NCBI GenBank assembly: GCA_965261595.1
Contig: CBDHDG010000006.1
Location: 288,001-352,000, forward strand
Length of the DNA stretch: 64,000 bases
Direction of reading: 5' to 3'
DNA from: a bacterium
GTDB lineage: Bacteria; UBA8248; JACPRG01; G963555815
Under the pieces are notes generated by a model, which worked only from the letters and a program-made list of their open reading frames with translations, was not told the DNA's origin and made no database searches. Positions 39,882 to 50,551 of the stretch are shown piece by piece. Numbering within the stretch: the first letter of the stretch is position 1; each line of letters opens with the position of its first letter. The translations under genes were made by a program, and so were the position numbers.

Positions 39882-41528
39882 TCACAACGCCCCGCGCTTG
39901 AAGCGGGCCCGGACCCGCGCCGTCAGATCCTTGACCTCGGGAACGCCGAATCCGAGGATGAGACCGGTGTAAACCAGAGCCGAGCCCCCGATGACGCCGA
40001 TCAACACGCCCCCCTTCCAAAGTCCCGAGGTCTCCGGCCCGGCCGGCCAGAGCCATTGCAAGAGCAAGGCCGCCGCCCCCATCAGAACCGCCGCGGCGAG
40101 CGAGCGGCGATTCGACGAATTCCAGAAAAACCCTTTGAGCGGAAAAGACGCCCTCAGGAAGTGCACATGCACGCCGACCAGGACGAATTGCCCCAGGACG
40201 TGGGCGATGGGCACGCCGACGTAGCCGAACATCCTCGTGAACAGGAAGTTCCCCGCGATAATGGTCCCCTGCGCCGCGCACAGGCCGATGACGACGACGC
40301 GCGTCTTTCCCAAGGCGTGGTGGGTGTTGGTGAAAAGCATCTTATAGCCCAGGGGAACGAACGCGATGAAGTAGAGGACAAGCGCCCAGGACGTCCGGAA
40401 GGCGGCCTCCGGATCGAAGGCCCCTCGCTGAAGCAGCGTCCCGACGGCCAGACCGCTGACGGCCATCATCCCGATCCCGATGGGGAGAAGGAGCAAAACG
40501 AGCGCGCGCGAGGCCTTGAAGACGAGCGCTTTGAGGTCATCCAGGCGGTCGCCCACCTTCATCCGAACCAGCTCGGGAAAGACCACATTCGGCAGGGGAA
40601 TCGTAAACAGGGCGGAGGCCGCCAGGAAAAGGCGCTCGGCATAGGCCATGGCCGAAAGGCTTCCCGGGGCCAACAGGGAGGCCACGAACCGGGTGGACAA
40701 GGTCTGGCCCTGCGTGAAGGCCGAGCTGATGAAGAACTGAGAGACGCGCCGGAGGGTCTCCCTGAGCTCCGGCCCTCGGAAATCGAGAACGGGCCGGTAG
40801 CGATAGCCCTCCCTCCACAACACCAACCCCAGGGCCGTGAGAAAGGCGGCCGGTCCGGCGAGATTCCCCAGGATCCAGGCATCCAGACCGAGCGACGGCG
40901 CAAGGATCCCCACGCAAAGGACCACGCCCAGCGTCGGCAGGAGACTCAAGGCCGCCGGCAGGACAAACAGATTGAGGGCGTTGAGCGAGATGATCAGCAC
41001 GCCGGAGAGGGTGTGGGAGAGGATGGTGAAGATCAAGAAGCGAAGCATTCGGACGCTTGCCGCCCAGGTGGCCTCATCGAACCCCGCCCCCACGACGCGG
41101 ACGATCCAGGGCGCCAAAACGAATCCCAACGCGGCCAAAACCGCGCAGAGCAAAAGGATGAAATTCAGCAGGCTGTTGAGCAACCGCCAGGCGGCCTCGG
41201 CCGAGACCTCGCGCCGGACCCGGACGAAGATCGGCAGGAAAACGCTCGGCAGGGGACCGCTCTGAAGGAGGTGGGCCAGGACAAGCGGAATCGACTGGGC
41301 CAGAAAGAAGGCGTCGGTGAGCCGCCCCGCCCCGAAGTGATAGGCGATCAGCCCGTTGGAGACGAGTCCGACGGCCGCCCCCAGGCCGGAGATGAACGTC
41401 ACCCCGCCGAAGGAGCGCGCCGCGCGCCAGGGGCGTTCGCCGCCGCCCCCCCCCTCCCCGGCCGCCCCCCCGGTCCCGGACGCTCCGGTCCCGGACGCGA
41501 AAGGATGTTCATCCGGCCGATCCGTCAC
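39882..41528 (-). CDS. MurJ/MviN-like flippase
   Basis: FGAGRLTDAFFLAQSIP, YAERL, LLQRGAF; many TM helices. Confidence 0.85.
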   Translation of the reverse strand: MTDRPDEHPFASGTGASGTGGAAGEGGGGGERPWRAARSFGGVTFISGLGAAVGLVSNGLIAYHFGAGRLTDAFFLAQSIPLVLAHLLQSGPLPSVFLPIFVRVRREVSAEAAWRLLNSLLNFILLLCAVLAALGFVLAPWIVRVVGAGFDEATWAASVRMLRFLIFTILSHTLSGVLIISLNALNLFVLPAALSLLPTLGVVLCVGILAPSLGLDAWILGNLAGPAAFLTALGLVLWREGYRYRPVLDFRGPELRETLRRVSQFFISSAFTQGQTLSTRFVASLLAPGSLSAMAYAERLFLAASALFTIPLPNVVFPELVRMKVGDRLDDLKALVFKASRALVLLLLPIGIGMMAVSGLAVGTLLQRGAFDPEAAFRTSWALVLYFIAFVPLGYKMLFTNTHHALGKTRVVVIGLCAAQGTIIAGNFLFTRMFGYVGVPIAHVLGQFVLVGVHVHFLRASFPLKGFFWNSSNRRSLAAAVLMGAAALLLQWLWPAGPETSGLWKGGVLIGVIGGSALVYTGLILGFGVPEVKDLTARVRARFKRGAL

Positions 41529-42952
41529 CGCAACCCCAAGATCGAAAATACGCCTTGAAGAATCCCCAGCGCCCGGTCCGCGTCCGAGGCCGTCCAGAGG
41601 GTGACGGCCAACAGGAAGACCGGGGCGGCCAGCCAAACGGGACGGCCCCGGCACGCCAACGCCGTCTTCCACAGACCGGCCGCCGCCGCCAGGAGGAGAA
41701 AGGGCTCGAAGTACAGCCGGAAGCGGGGGTGCCCGTAGAACAGAAGGGTCATGGCGTTGCAATACAAGACCCCCACCCAGAGAAGCCCCGCGCCCGGGAT
41801 CGAGCGGCTCACCCACAGACCCAAGAGGGCATAAGGGAGGAGCAGGGCGTATCCCAGGAAGAACTCATCCCCAATTGGATTCCACAGCAGGACGAGCTTC
41901 CGGAACAGGAGCTTGGGAACCCGTCCGGGATGGCTCAAGAGGAAATCCCAGCCTTTGGCCATATCCGCCTTGTCCGCCTCGGCCTCCGACAAACCGGCCG
42001 TGGGATGCCGGGCCTCGATGGCGCGGACCTCGGGGGCGCGGGCGCGCATCCTCGCCGCGCGCTCGGCGAGGTAGGCCCGCTGCCGCCCACTGAGTCCGGG
42101 CCCGCGGTCCTGGTCCTGCGGGTTCACCGGAGCCCAGCCTCCACGCGCCGTGGGATTATTGGATTCCCAGAAGACGTGTCCCCCCTTCGTGCTGAAGACC
42201 GGCCGTCCGTGAATGAGATGGTTTCGGAGGACCCAGGGAGCGAGACAGGCCAAGAAGACGATGATCGTTACGCCGGTGCGCGCGCCGAGGGTCCGCCAAT
42301 TCCACCCGGAGAAGACCGCGAGATACCCCAGGACGAAAAAGGGGAGGAGAATCCCCAGACCCTTGGTGAAGGCGCACGCGGCCAGGACGAGTCCCAATCC
42401 CGCCGCGCGCCCCGCCGCCGCGCCCCGCTCCGGCGGGGTCTGAAGGAGGGCCGAGGTCCGCTCGACCGCCAGGACCACGGCCAGGATGAAAACCGTCTCG
42501 GTGAGGATAAACCCCGGCCCGTAATACCACAGGAACGCCGGGTAGACGGCGGCCAGAAGCCCGCCCAGGAGCGCCACGGGCTCCGGGAAAAACCTCCTTC
42601 CCAACCGGATCAGGAGCCAGACAGTCCACACGCCCAGAAGGGCCTGGAGAACCCTGACCGGGACAAACCAGCGGCCGAACACCCAATACGATCCGGCCAG
42701 GAGAACCGGATAAAGCGGCAGGCGGTCCGAGCGGCGAAGGGCGCCCTCGTGAAAGTTCTGGTATCCCTTGCCGGAGAGCAGGTTGACAGCGTATCCGTCG
42801 TATTCGATGCCGTCCGAGACGGGCGGCGCGTTTCCCGCTTCGAACACGACCCACAAACGCAGCCCCAGGGCGAGGACGAGAATGCCCAACAGAAGCCGCC
42901 GGTCGGACATCCGGGGCGGGGACGTTCCTATGCCGGGCGCGCCGTCTCTCAT
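41525..42952 (-). CDS. ArnT/PMT-like (GT-C) membrane glycosyltransferase
   Basis: DGIEY, RLPLYP, LTET, PWVLRN, PRFRL. Confidence 0.82.
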   Translation of the reverse strand: MRDGAPGIGTSPPRMSDRRLLLGILVLALGLRLWVVFEAGNAPPVSDGIEYDGYAVNLLSGKGYQNFHEGALRRSDRLPLYPVLLAGSYWVFGRWFVPVRVLQALLGVWTVWLLIRLGRRFFPEPVALLGGLLAAVYPAFLWYYGPGFILTETVFILAVVLAVERTSALLQTPPERGAAAGRAAGLGLVLAACAFTKGLGILLPFFVLGYLAVFSGWNWRTLGARTGVTIIVFLACLAPWVLRNHLIHGRPVFSTKGGHVFWESNNPTARGGWAPVNPQDQDRGPGLSGRQRAYLAERAARMRARAPEVRAIEARHPTAGLSEAEADKADMAKGWDFLLSHPGRVPKLLFRKLVLLWNPIGDEFFLGYALLLPYALLGLWVSRSIPGAGLLWVGVLYCNAMTLLFYGHPRFRLYFEPFLLLAAAAGLWKTALACRGRPVWLAAPVFLLAVTLWTASDADRALGILQGVFSILGLR

Positions 42953-43001
42953 AACGGGCGCGGCATTTCAATCGGAAGGGGACGGCGCGAGGAGGTCGGT
43001 T

Positions 43002-44051
43002 TCAGAAGATTTTTTCCAGCATTCCGCGGTTCTCCACCACCCAGGCGTGCAGTTTGCGGACGCCCTCGCCGGCGCCCGCCTTCGGCTTCCAACCCAGCTT
43101 CCGCTCGGCGAGCGTGATGTCGCTGACGAACACCCGCTGGTCGCCCGACCGCCAGTCGTCGAAGGAACGCTCGACGTCCGCACCGTTCAGGGCCTTCAGC
43201 ATCTCCAGGAGATCCAGGAGCGAGAGGACGTTCTCCGGCCCTCCGCCGAAGTTGTAGATCCCGCCCGAGACGCGGTCCGGGTGGTCAACGGCGAGGACAT
43301 AGGCGTCCACCAGGTCGTCGATGAACAGGAGGTCGCGCACCTGCTTTCCGTCTCCGTAGAGGACGATGGGCTTTCCCAGGACCGCCGCGATCGTGAACCA
43401 GGCCACCCACCCCTGGTCTTCCACGCCCAGTTGGCGGTAACCGTAAATGCAGGACTGACGAAAGACGGCGGTTTTCAGGCCGTAGATTCGCGCGTAATCC
43501 CGCACGTACTGATCGGCCGCCCCCTTGGAGCAGCCATACGGGGAGTGGAAATCCAGGGTCCGGGATTCAGGGACGCCGCCCGGCAGATCCTCGTAAGCGT
43601 AGCGGCCGTTTCTCTCGACGACGGCCACGTCCTCCATGCCGCCATAAACCTTGTTGGTGGAGGCGTAGACCATGATGGGGTCGGACGGCGCCTGGCGGAC
43701 GGCTTCCAGAACGTTGAAAGTCCCCAGGGCGTTGATGTCGAAGTCCGATCTCGGATCGGTGACCGACGTGGTGACGGCCACCTGGGCGGCCAGGTGGAGA
43801 ACGGCGTCCAGATCGCGGTCACGGCCGATCGCCTCGCGCATGGCCCCGGCGTCCCGGATGTCCGCCTGGATGAAGTCGAAGCCCCCCCCTCCCCCTCCCC
43901 CCCCCTGTTCTTTCAGCCAGGCCAGGTTGATGTCCGTCCCCTTGCGGGAAAGGTTGTCCACCACAACGACCCGGTCGCCCCGGTCCATGAACCGCTTCGC
44001 GGCGTTGCAGCCGATGAACCCGGCGCCTCCGGTAATCAAGATCCGGCTCAA
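43002..44051 (-). CDS. NAD-dependent epimerase, CDP-paratose/tyvelose 2-epimerase type
   Basis: ITGGAGFIG, AAQVAVTTS, STNKVYG, PYGCSKGAADQY, GVEDQGWVAWF. Confidence 0.88.
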   Translation of the reverse strand: MSRILITGGAGFIGCNAAKRFMDRGDRVVVVDNLSRKGTDINLAWLKEQGGGGGGGGFDFIQADIRDAGAMREAIGRDRDLDAVLHLAAQVAVTTSVTDPRSDFDINALGTFNVLEAVRQAPSDPIMVYASTNKVYGGMEDVAVVERNGRYAYEDLPGGVPESRTLDFHSPYGCSKGAADQYVRDYARIYGLKTAVFRQSCIYGYRQLGVEDQGWVAWFTIAAVLGKPIVLYGDGKQVRDLLFIDDLVDAYVLAVDHPDRVSGGIYNFGGGPENVLSLLDLLEMLKALNGADVERSFDDWRSGDQRVFVSDITLAERKLGWKPKAGAGEGVRKLHAWVVENRGMLEKIF

Positions 44052-44129
44052 GGGGAAATCCTCAGGATTCGCATGTCGGTCCGTGCCGCTTCCACCCGGG
44101 AAACGGCGGAAAACTCTACTGGCCGCTGT

Positions 44130-45434
44130 CTAGACCCTCGTCCTTCGGGTGTCCATTTCCGGGGCGAATTCCTTGGAAGCTCCGTCTTCGGCTGCCGAGA
44201 TAAACGGAAGCGCCATGAGGAAATAGACCATCATCACGACTTCGGAATCTCCGAAATTGTATTCGAACAGACCGGCGGTCAGAAACGCCGCCACCGCGGC
44301 GAGCCCCGCCGCGGCGATCTCCGCCCGGGGGGTCCTCCCCTCCCGCCGGATCGTCCTTCTGAGCGCTCCGCCGCCCCACCGGAAGAAGGCCGCCCAGATC
44401 CAGATCCACACCGCCAAGGCGGGGAGTCCGCGCTCGGCCCCCAAATGCACCGGGTTGGAGTGCAGGTGTCCGGTTCGGGCCTTGACGGCGCCTTCCACCC
44501 TGAAGCGGGGGTACGTCCGCCCAACCATGTCCACGCCCACGCCGAGGAAGGGATGCGCCCGCATCATCCGGAGGCCGGCCTTCCACATCCGCAGCCGCTC
44601 GCCCGAAGCCTCCTCGTCGAACCGGACGGTCAGGAGAAGCCGCTCCTTCAGGTCCGCCGGTCCCACGACGTAAAGTCCGACCGCCAGGACGGGCAAAAGC
44701 ACGAGCCACCGGGCCCGTCCGTGCAGGGCCAACAGTACCGCAACACCCGCCGCCAGGCCAATCCACGCCCCCCGGGTCAGAGAAACGAGGAGCCCGAATA
44801 TCAGAACGGCCGACGTCACGACGCCGAAAATTCTCTCCGGCCGGGAGACCCCCCGCCCCACCGCCAAAGACAGCGCCGGCAAGGTCGCCAGGAGCAGGAC
44901 GCCCGAAAAGGTCTGGACGTGGCTCAAGATCCCCTGAGGCCTCCGGGCCAGCGGCCTCCCTTCCGCGAGAAAGAACTGGGCCACCCCGAGGATGGCCGTC
45001 GCCGCCGCGACGAGGACGAACAGGTGAAGGAGCCTTCGAGCCCACGAGACGTCGGGCGCGGCCCTCAACGCCCAGTAGAGAATCAGGATCTGAACAATCT
45101 GCTTGGAATCCACCAGACTGCGCGGAACCTGCTCGGAGAACAGGGCCGAGAGAACCGTCAAGAGCGCGAAACACAGGAACGGAATCCATAACGGAAATCC
45201 ATCGGAGCCCCTCCGCGCGCCCCCCTCCCCCCCCCTTCTCTCCAGCGTCCACCCAACCGCCCCTGAGAGGACCCCGACGGCCACGCAGATCTGCGAGAGG
45301 GTGATCGAGATTGGGTCCAGCGCCACAAACCCCACCAGCGCCCAGCGGGTGAGCCGACGGCTCCACGCCAGGGAACCGCCCCTCGGGGCGGCGCGCCCCG
45401 CCGCATCCTCTTTCACAGAACCCGCCGTCATCAT
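44130..45434 (-). CDS. O-antigen ligase/Wzy_C family membrane protein
   Basis: SLTRGAWIG, ERLRMW, HPFLGVG, HLHSN. Confidence 0.88.
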   Translation of the reverse strand: MMTAGSVKEDAAGRAAPRGGSLAWSRRLTRWALVGFVALDPISITLSQICVAVGVLSGAVGWTLERRGGEGGARRGSDGFPLWIPFLCFALLTVLSALFSEQVPRSLVDSKQIVQILILYWALRAAPDVSWARRLLHLFVLVAAATAILGVAQFFLAEGRPLARRPQGILSHVQTFSGVLLLATLPALSLAVGRGVSRPERIFGVVTSAVLIFGLLVSLTRGAWIGLAAGVAVLLALHGRARWLVLLPVLAVGLYVVGPADLKERLLLTVRFDEEASGERLRMWKAGLRMMRAHPFLGVGVDMVGRTYPRFRVEGAVKARTGHLHSNPVHLGAERGLPALAVWIWIWAAFFRWGGGALRRTIRREGRTPRAEIAAAGLAAVAAFLTAGLFEYNFGDSEVVMMVYFLMALPFISAAEDGASKEFAPEMDTRRTRV

Positions 45435-45453
45435 TCTCCCTGACCTGGATCCC

Positions 45454-46596
45454 TCAGTCCGGCCGGCCGGCGATCCGCTTCAGGACCTCCCGCGCCTTCC
45501 CGACCGAAACGGTCCAATTGTATTCGTTTTCGACCCGCCGGCGTCCGGCCTCGCCCATTGATTTTCTCAGGGCCGGATCCGCCAGGAGCCGGAGAACGGC
45601 CTCGGCCAGGGCGTCCGGGGAATCGGCGTCCACAACGAAGCCCGTCACACCGTCTTCCACGGTCTCGGGGGCGCCGCCGGATCGGCCGACGACGACGGGC
45701 TTTCCACAGGCCGCGGCCTCGAGGAAGGCAATCCCGAACGCCTCCACGTCGCCCGTCGCCGGGTCGGAAACGCTCGGCCCGATAAAAACGTCGCAGGCAT
45801 TGTAATACGCGTGAGGCGGCCGGCCCCACCGCTCAAACGAAACCGGGGGGATCCACTGGACGTGGTCCTCGACGCCCAGCTCGCGTGAGAGCGCCTTCCA
45901 TTTCCCCTCTTCCGGACCCTCCCCGACCAACACGTATCTGGCGTCCGGCGCTTTCGAGAGAACGGCCGGCAGGGCGCGAATCATGCGGTCGAAGCCTTTC
46001 ACGGCCCAAAACCGGCCGGCGGAGAGAATCACCGCTCCCGCCGGACGCCCCCCCCCCCCCGGTTGATCCCCGGCCAGGACCGCCGGAGGGGTGTCGGGGG
46101 AATACTTGTCCAGGGCCGCCCCGTGGAGAACCGTGTGAAGGATCTCCCGCCGGACGCCCAGGTCCAGGAGGCGGCCTTCGGCGTATCGGCTGACGGCGAA
46201 GACGGCGTCGGCGGCGTTGACCTGCGCGATGATCCTCGCCAGGTCCCGGCGGCCGTAGAGCTCGTTCCCGTGAAGGGTCAGGGCGACGGGGATTCCCCGG
46301 GCCCGTTTCGCCGCGAGGGCCCAGGTGAGAAAATCCGCCCGGTGGGTCACGAACAGGACGTCCGGCCGCTTCCGGACGCAACTCCTGAAACGCGCCCGGA
46401 GGAGGGGCTTCGCGTACGCCCGGCGAACCGGGCCTGAGCGGATCTCCCCGTCCCCCGCCCAATGCCGCACCCTGGAGCGGGCCAGAACCGTGACCCGCTC
46501 GCCCAGGCGGTCCAGCCCCCGGGCCATCTCGAAGGCGTAGGTCTCGACGCCCCCGGGGACGGGGGGATATGCGCCGGCCGTGAGGAGGATGTTCAA
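45454..46596 (-). CDS. GT4 glycosyltransferase
   Basis: YPPVPGGVE, HGNE, VKGFD, EAFGIAFLEAAACG. Confidence 0.9.
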   Translation of the reverse strand: MNILLTAGAYPPVPGGVETYAFEMARGLDRLGERVTVLARSRVRHWAGDGEIRSGPVRRAYAKPLLRARFRSCVRKRPDVLFVTHRADFLTWALAAKRARGIPVALTLHGNELYGRRDLARIIAQVNAADAVFAVSRYAEGRLLDLGVRREILHTVLHGAALDKYSPDTPPAVLAGDQPGGGGRPAGAVILSAGRFWAVKGFDRMIRALPAVLSKAPDARYVLVGEGPEEGKWKALSRELGVEDHVQWIPPVSFERWGRPPHAYYNACDVFIGPSVSDPATGDVEAFGIAFLEAAACGKPVVVGRSGGAPETVEDGVTGFVVDADSPDALAEAVLRLLADPALRKSMGEAGRRRVENEYNWTVSVGKAREVLKRIAGRPD

Positions 46597-46838
46597 CTCA
46601 GGTGTCCACTTGAGGATGGGTGGTCGGGTTCATGGCCGCTCCGATCAAACGCCACGACACCGTCTTTCCGCATCATAAGGCCTTTCAGAGATTTCAGGCG
46701 CGCCCCGCGAGCCTCCGTCATCCCGGAACCCGTCCGAACCCCCGGGGCCGGGACGCGCTCCATCCCGATGGAAGCGTGAAGGATAGCGGGTTTGGAGGAA
46801 CGAGCGGCGGAGGCCGGGCGGCCCGCTCCGCCGCAAGC

Positions 46839-47720
46839 TTATTGAAAGGAATGCGATTGGGTGGGGAATTCTCCGGCCGCCACTTCGTCCACGTACCGGG
46901 AGACCGCCTCTTTGACCTGCTCGCCCAGGGGCGCGTAGACCTTGGCGAACTTGGGCGTGAAATCCTCATACAGACCGAGCATGTCCTGGAGGACGAGGAC
47001 TTGGCCGTCGCAGTGCGGACCCGCGCCGATGCCGATGGTCGGGACGTGAACCGCCTCGGTGATCTTCCTCCCGAGCTCCAGCGGGATGCTTTCCAGGACG
47101 ATCGAAAACGCCCCCGCTTCGGCCACCGCCAGGGCGTCCTCGAAGACCTGTTCACCATCCCGCCCCCGGCCCTGGACCTTGAACCCCCCGAACCGGTGAA
47201 CCGCCTGGGGCGTGAGTCCGACATGCCCCATGACGGGAATGTTCGCCCCGACCAGGGAGCGGATGGTGTCGGCGACCCGCACCCCCCCTTCGAGCTTCAC
47301 GGCCTCGGCCCCCGCCTCCTGGAGGAACCGGCCGGCGTTGGCCAACGCGCGATCGACGCCCCCGTCATACGACAGGAAGGGCATGTCCGCGACCAAGAGC
47401 GCCCGGAGGCCCGCCCGGGAGACGGACAGGGTGTGATGGAGCATGGCTTCCATGCCGACGCCGATGGTGTTGGGCAGTCCCATCATCACCATGCCCAGGG
47501 AATCGCCGACCAGGACGACGTCTACGCCGGCCGCGTCCACCAGCCGGGCGAAGGTGTAATCATAGGCCGTGACGGCGGCGATCTTTCGGCCGCCGCCGTT
47601 TTCCCCGGCCTTCCCGCCGGTTGAAGCCCCCCGCGCCGTCCAGCCCGGGGCGCCGGGCTCGCGCGCCTGCTTTCGAAGAAGGATGTCGGCGGCCGTGACC
47701 TTGCGTCTGGCGGTCTCCAC
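46839..47720 (-). CDS. panB: 3-methyl-2-oxobutanoate hydroxymethyltransferase
   Basis: TAYD, LVGDSLG, DMPF, VKLEGG, GHVGLTPQ, IGIGAG, DGQVLV. Confidence 0.96.
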   Translation of the reverse strand: METARRKVTAADILLRKQAREPGAPGWTARGASTGGKAGENGGGRKIAAVTAYDYTFARLVDAAGVDVVLVGDSLGMVMMGLPNTIGVGMEAMLHHTLSVSRAGLRALLVADMPFLSYDGGVDRALANAGRFLQEAGAEAVKLEGGVRVADTIRSLVGANIPVMGHVGLTPQAVHRFGGFKVQGRGRDGEQVFEDALAVAEAGAFSIVLESIPLELGRKITEAVHVPTIGIGAGPHCDGQVLVLQDMLGLYEDFTPKFAKVYAPLGEQVKEAVSRYVDEVAAGEFPTQSHSFQ

Positions 47721-47733
47721 GATGTCACCCCCC

Positions 47734-47764
47734 AAAAAAAAAGACCCCGGAACACAGTCCGGGG
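47734..47764 (-). terminator. Attenuator-type intrinsic terminator in the panB leader
   Basis: Minus strand CCCCGGA-CTGTGT-TCCGGGG followed by TC and T9. Confidence 0.8.
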
Positions 47765-47844
47765 ATCTCCCCTTGGAGAAGGTCTTCGGTCCGCCGGGCG
47801 GGCATGCAACCCCGCCCTCCGACTTTACCTTCTCGTTCACCATG

Positions 47845-47879
47845 CTCCGTCTCAGTCCCGAATCGGGATCCAAGCGGTA
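47845..47879 (-). ncRNA. pan RNA motif-like hairpin
   Basis: TACCGCTTGGATCCCGATTCGGGACTGAGACGGAG: stem with bulged A residues upstream of panB. Confidence 0.7.
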
Positions 47880-48120
47880 TGTGCTTATGAACATAGCGCC
47901 CGAGGCTTGAGGCGTCAACACCCGCGCGTCTTCAGTGATCTCCGGTTTTCATCGGCCGTGCGGGGCACTTGCGTGCCGGCCAGGTTGCGGATGGAGGGGG
48001 GTGTGCTTATGACAACCTCTTCTGGCGCACGGTGGTCCGATTATCTGTCAACGTTTGTCCGGGAGAAGGGCCTTCGGCGCACACGGGGGTCGGATTGATT
48101 GGGACCGATCTGAATCACTT

Positions 48121-48147
48121 CTGGATTCCCGCCTGCGCGGGAATGAC
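48121..48147. repeat. REP copy next to the Y1 transposase
   Basis: CTGGATTCCCGCCTGCGCGGGAATGAC. Confidence 0.88.
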
Positions 48148-48157
48148 AATCGGGGGG

Positions 48158-48906
48158 AATTAAGGGGACACCATACTTATTTATGCTTGTGCCCCCTTTT
48201 TGGTCCCGGCTTCCGCCGTTTCAGGACACGCCCCAATCCCTCCTCAAGCTTTTCAACAAAACCGTCATTTCCCAAGGGTCTGCCTGTCCTCTCATGTCGT
48301 CGTATCCTCTTGATCTCCTCCTCGCATACGCCACCCTGAAGAAAATCCCTCCAATTCCCCACCATTTCAAGCAGGGGCTTGACTTCAACCAGATCGTTGC
48401 TTCTGCCTGAGATATGCGCCGCTGCGCTGCTCCATGGATAAGCCCCCGGGTCCTTCACCATCCCAGCCCGCACCGGATTGAGTTCCACGTACCGTGTCGC
48501 CGCCAAAAGACGCCGCTCATCCAGTGGAAAGGAGGCAAACCGCCCTTGCCATAGATGCCCCCGCCATCCTTCACGAAAGTTGACCTGATGGGTGTAACGC
48601 CGGTGAGCTTCCCCGATCGCTCGCCTCAAGCCCTCCTCGGATTGCGGAACCACGATCAGATGCACGTGGTTAGGCATCAGGCAATAGGCCCAGACCTGCA
48701 CGGTCCGGCGAGAGCACCACGCAGACATCAAACGCATGTATTCCTCATAATCTCCTTCAGAAAAAAAAGTCTCCTGCCTGCGATTTCCCCGCTGAGTGAC
48801 GTGATGGGGTAAGCCCGGCGCCACGACCCGTGCGATTCGTGCCATCCACCGACACTATGGAGGAGCAAGACAAAAGTCAAGAATTAAGTATGGTGTCCCC
48901 TTAATT
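48158..48906 (-). mobile_element. Y1 (IS200/RAYT-like) transposase unit bracketed by perfect 22-bp inverted repeats
   Basis: AATTAAGGGGACACCATACTTA at 48158-48179 and its reverse complement at 48885-48906. Confidence 0.8.
48177..48845 (-). CDS. HUH/Y1 transposase (RAYT-like)
   Basis: HHVTQRGNRR, YCLMPNHVHL, LWQGRF, YVELNPVRAG, YPWSS. Confidence 0.92.
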   Translation of the reverse strand: MARIARVVAPGLPHHVTQRGNRRQETFFSEGDYEEYMRLMSAWCSRRTVQVWAYCLMPNHVHLIVVPQSEEGLRRAIGEAHRRYTHQVNFREGWRGHLWQGRFASFPLDERRLLAATRYVELNPVRAGMVKDPGAYPWSSAAAHISGRSNDLVEVKPLLEMVGNWRDFLQGGVCEEEIKRIRRHERTGRPLGNDGFVEKLEEGLGRVLKRRKPGPKRGHKHK

Positions 48907-50551
48907 ACCTGAAACCGGTCCAGGTTGAGCGAGAATCCTCGCCTTAACCCGAAGCGGTGAGAACCCCGCCCCCTTGACCGCCGCAAAGGGCGAAAGGGTA
49001 TAGGCTAACATTAAGGAGCCTTGGCGCAGCGGAAACCCACGATGCTGAACCTGAAGTCGGGATGGAAACTGAGCCGGAGGGCCGCGCGGAACTTCGCCGG
49101 ATTGCCGTAGTACCACGAGCCGCCAAGAACCACGCGACTGCTGCCCGAGGCAGGACCCTTCGGATTATGGGAGGGCGCGTTTTGGTAGTAGTCCTTTGCG
49201 TACCGATCCGAACCCACTCCCACGTGTTCCCCGACATGTCCACAGCCCCATAAGGGCTCCGGTGGGTGTTGTACGTCCGATCCACGGGGTGAGTCTTAGC
49301 ACCGCTGTTCTTATCCCAGATGACCTTCGATCCGTCCCACTGATTCCCCCAGGGGTACTTCCGCCCGTCAACCCCACGGGCCGCTTTCTCCCACTCCGCC
49401 TCCGTCGGTAAACGCTTACCCACTGAACGACAATAATCACGCGCCTGATTCCACGTCACGCCCACGACAGGCTGACGGGCACCGTTCAACTTCGAGCCTT
49501 GATCATTCTTCGGCGTTCCGAACCTCCGGAACCGGACGTTCGTCACCGGATACTTGTCGAAGTAAAAGGCATCCAGGTACACCCGCCGCTGGGGTTTCTC
49601 GCGATTCTCCCCGCGATTGCTCCCCATGATGAACCAGCCCAAAGGGACCTTGACCATCGTGTCCAGGCCGCTGCCGATCTGTTGGGGAGTGCCGGGGCCA
49701 ACGGCCACTTTCTGGCGCTTAGGCGGCCGGGACAGGGGAGGCACCCCTATATCTTTCTTCAGTGCGGCGATGCGTTTTTTCGCCGCCTCGATCCGTCTGC
49801 GCTTCGCTTCGAGGCTCTTCTGCTCGGCCTCCAGCCGCTCCCGCTCCAGGCGGGTCTCCTCGGCGTCGAGCTTCCTTCGCTCTGCTTCCAGCTTCGCTCG
49901 CATCCGGGTCAGGTCGGTCTCGGGTGATTCCCTCAAACCTCCCATCCCCTGTGCGGTAAACACGAACTGCCCCACGCCGTCCATCGTCCCGAAAAAGGGC
50001 GTCTGCCGGCTGCTGGACGAGGCGATCACCCGCCCCTGGACGAACGCCGCCACCTCCATCGCCGTGAGGACGCCGTCCCGGGGAGAATTGTCCGCCTCGC
50101 CCTCCATCGCCTCCAGGAGCCGCCGGGTGAACAGGCCGTGGCCCCCTTCCTCCAGGACCGGCTGGTCCCGCTCGCCCGCCGTGAGGATCTGCCGCAGGCG
50201 GCCCCGGGTCAGGTAAGCCGCGTCCACGCGCTTTTCCGCCCGAGGCACGCTCCGCGCGGCCAATAGCCCCGAGAAGCAGGCGTCCACGGCGAAGAAGACG
50301 TGCTTCGTCTTGAGAAGCGCCGCCAGGTCCTTCACCTCGCTCATCGGAATGGCCGTCCCAAGGATGTTCGCCGGGTCGGCCTCGACCGGAAGCAGGTATC
50401 CCATCGCCCCGCCCCCCGGACGGTCGAGCGTCAAACCGTGCGCCGCGACAAAGATGAATACCCGGTCTTGCCCCCCCGTCCTTGTAATTAGCGTGTTGAA
50501 CGCCGTCCGGATGGCCCGGGCCGTGGCCCCCTCATCCAGAAGCGTGATGAT

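Noticed and set aside
42768..45191. Long antisense ORFs (807 aa here; also 39729..41558, 25372..27063, 59839..61458 and others)
   Set aside because: They are shadow frames opposite well-supported genes, expected in high-GC DNA, and have no recognisable motifs.
48944..49300. Diversity-generating retroelement target in the FGE-sulfatase 3' end
   Set aside because: No reverse transcriptase and no adenine-variant template repeat found in the window.
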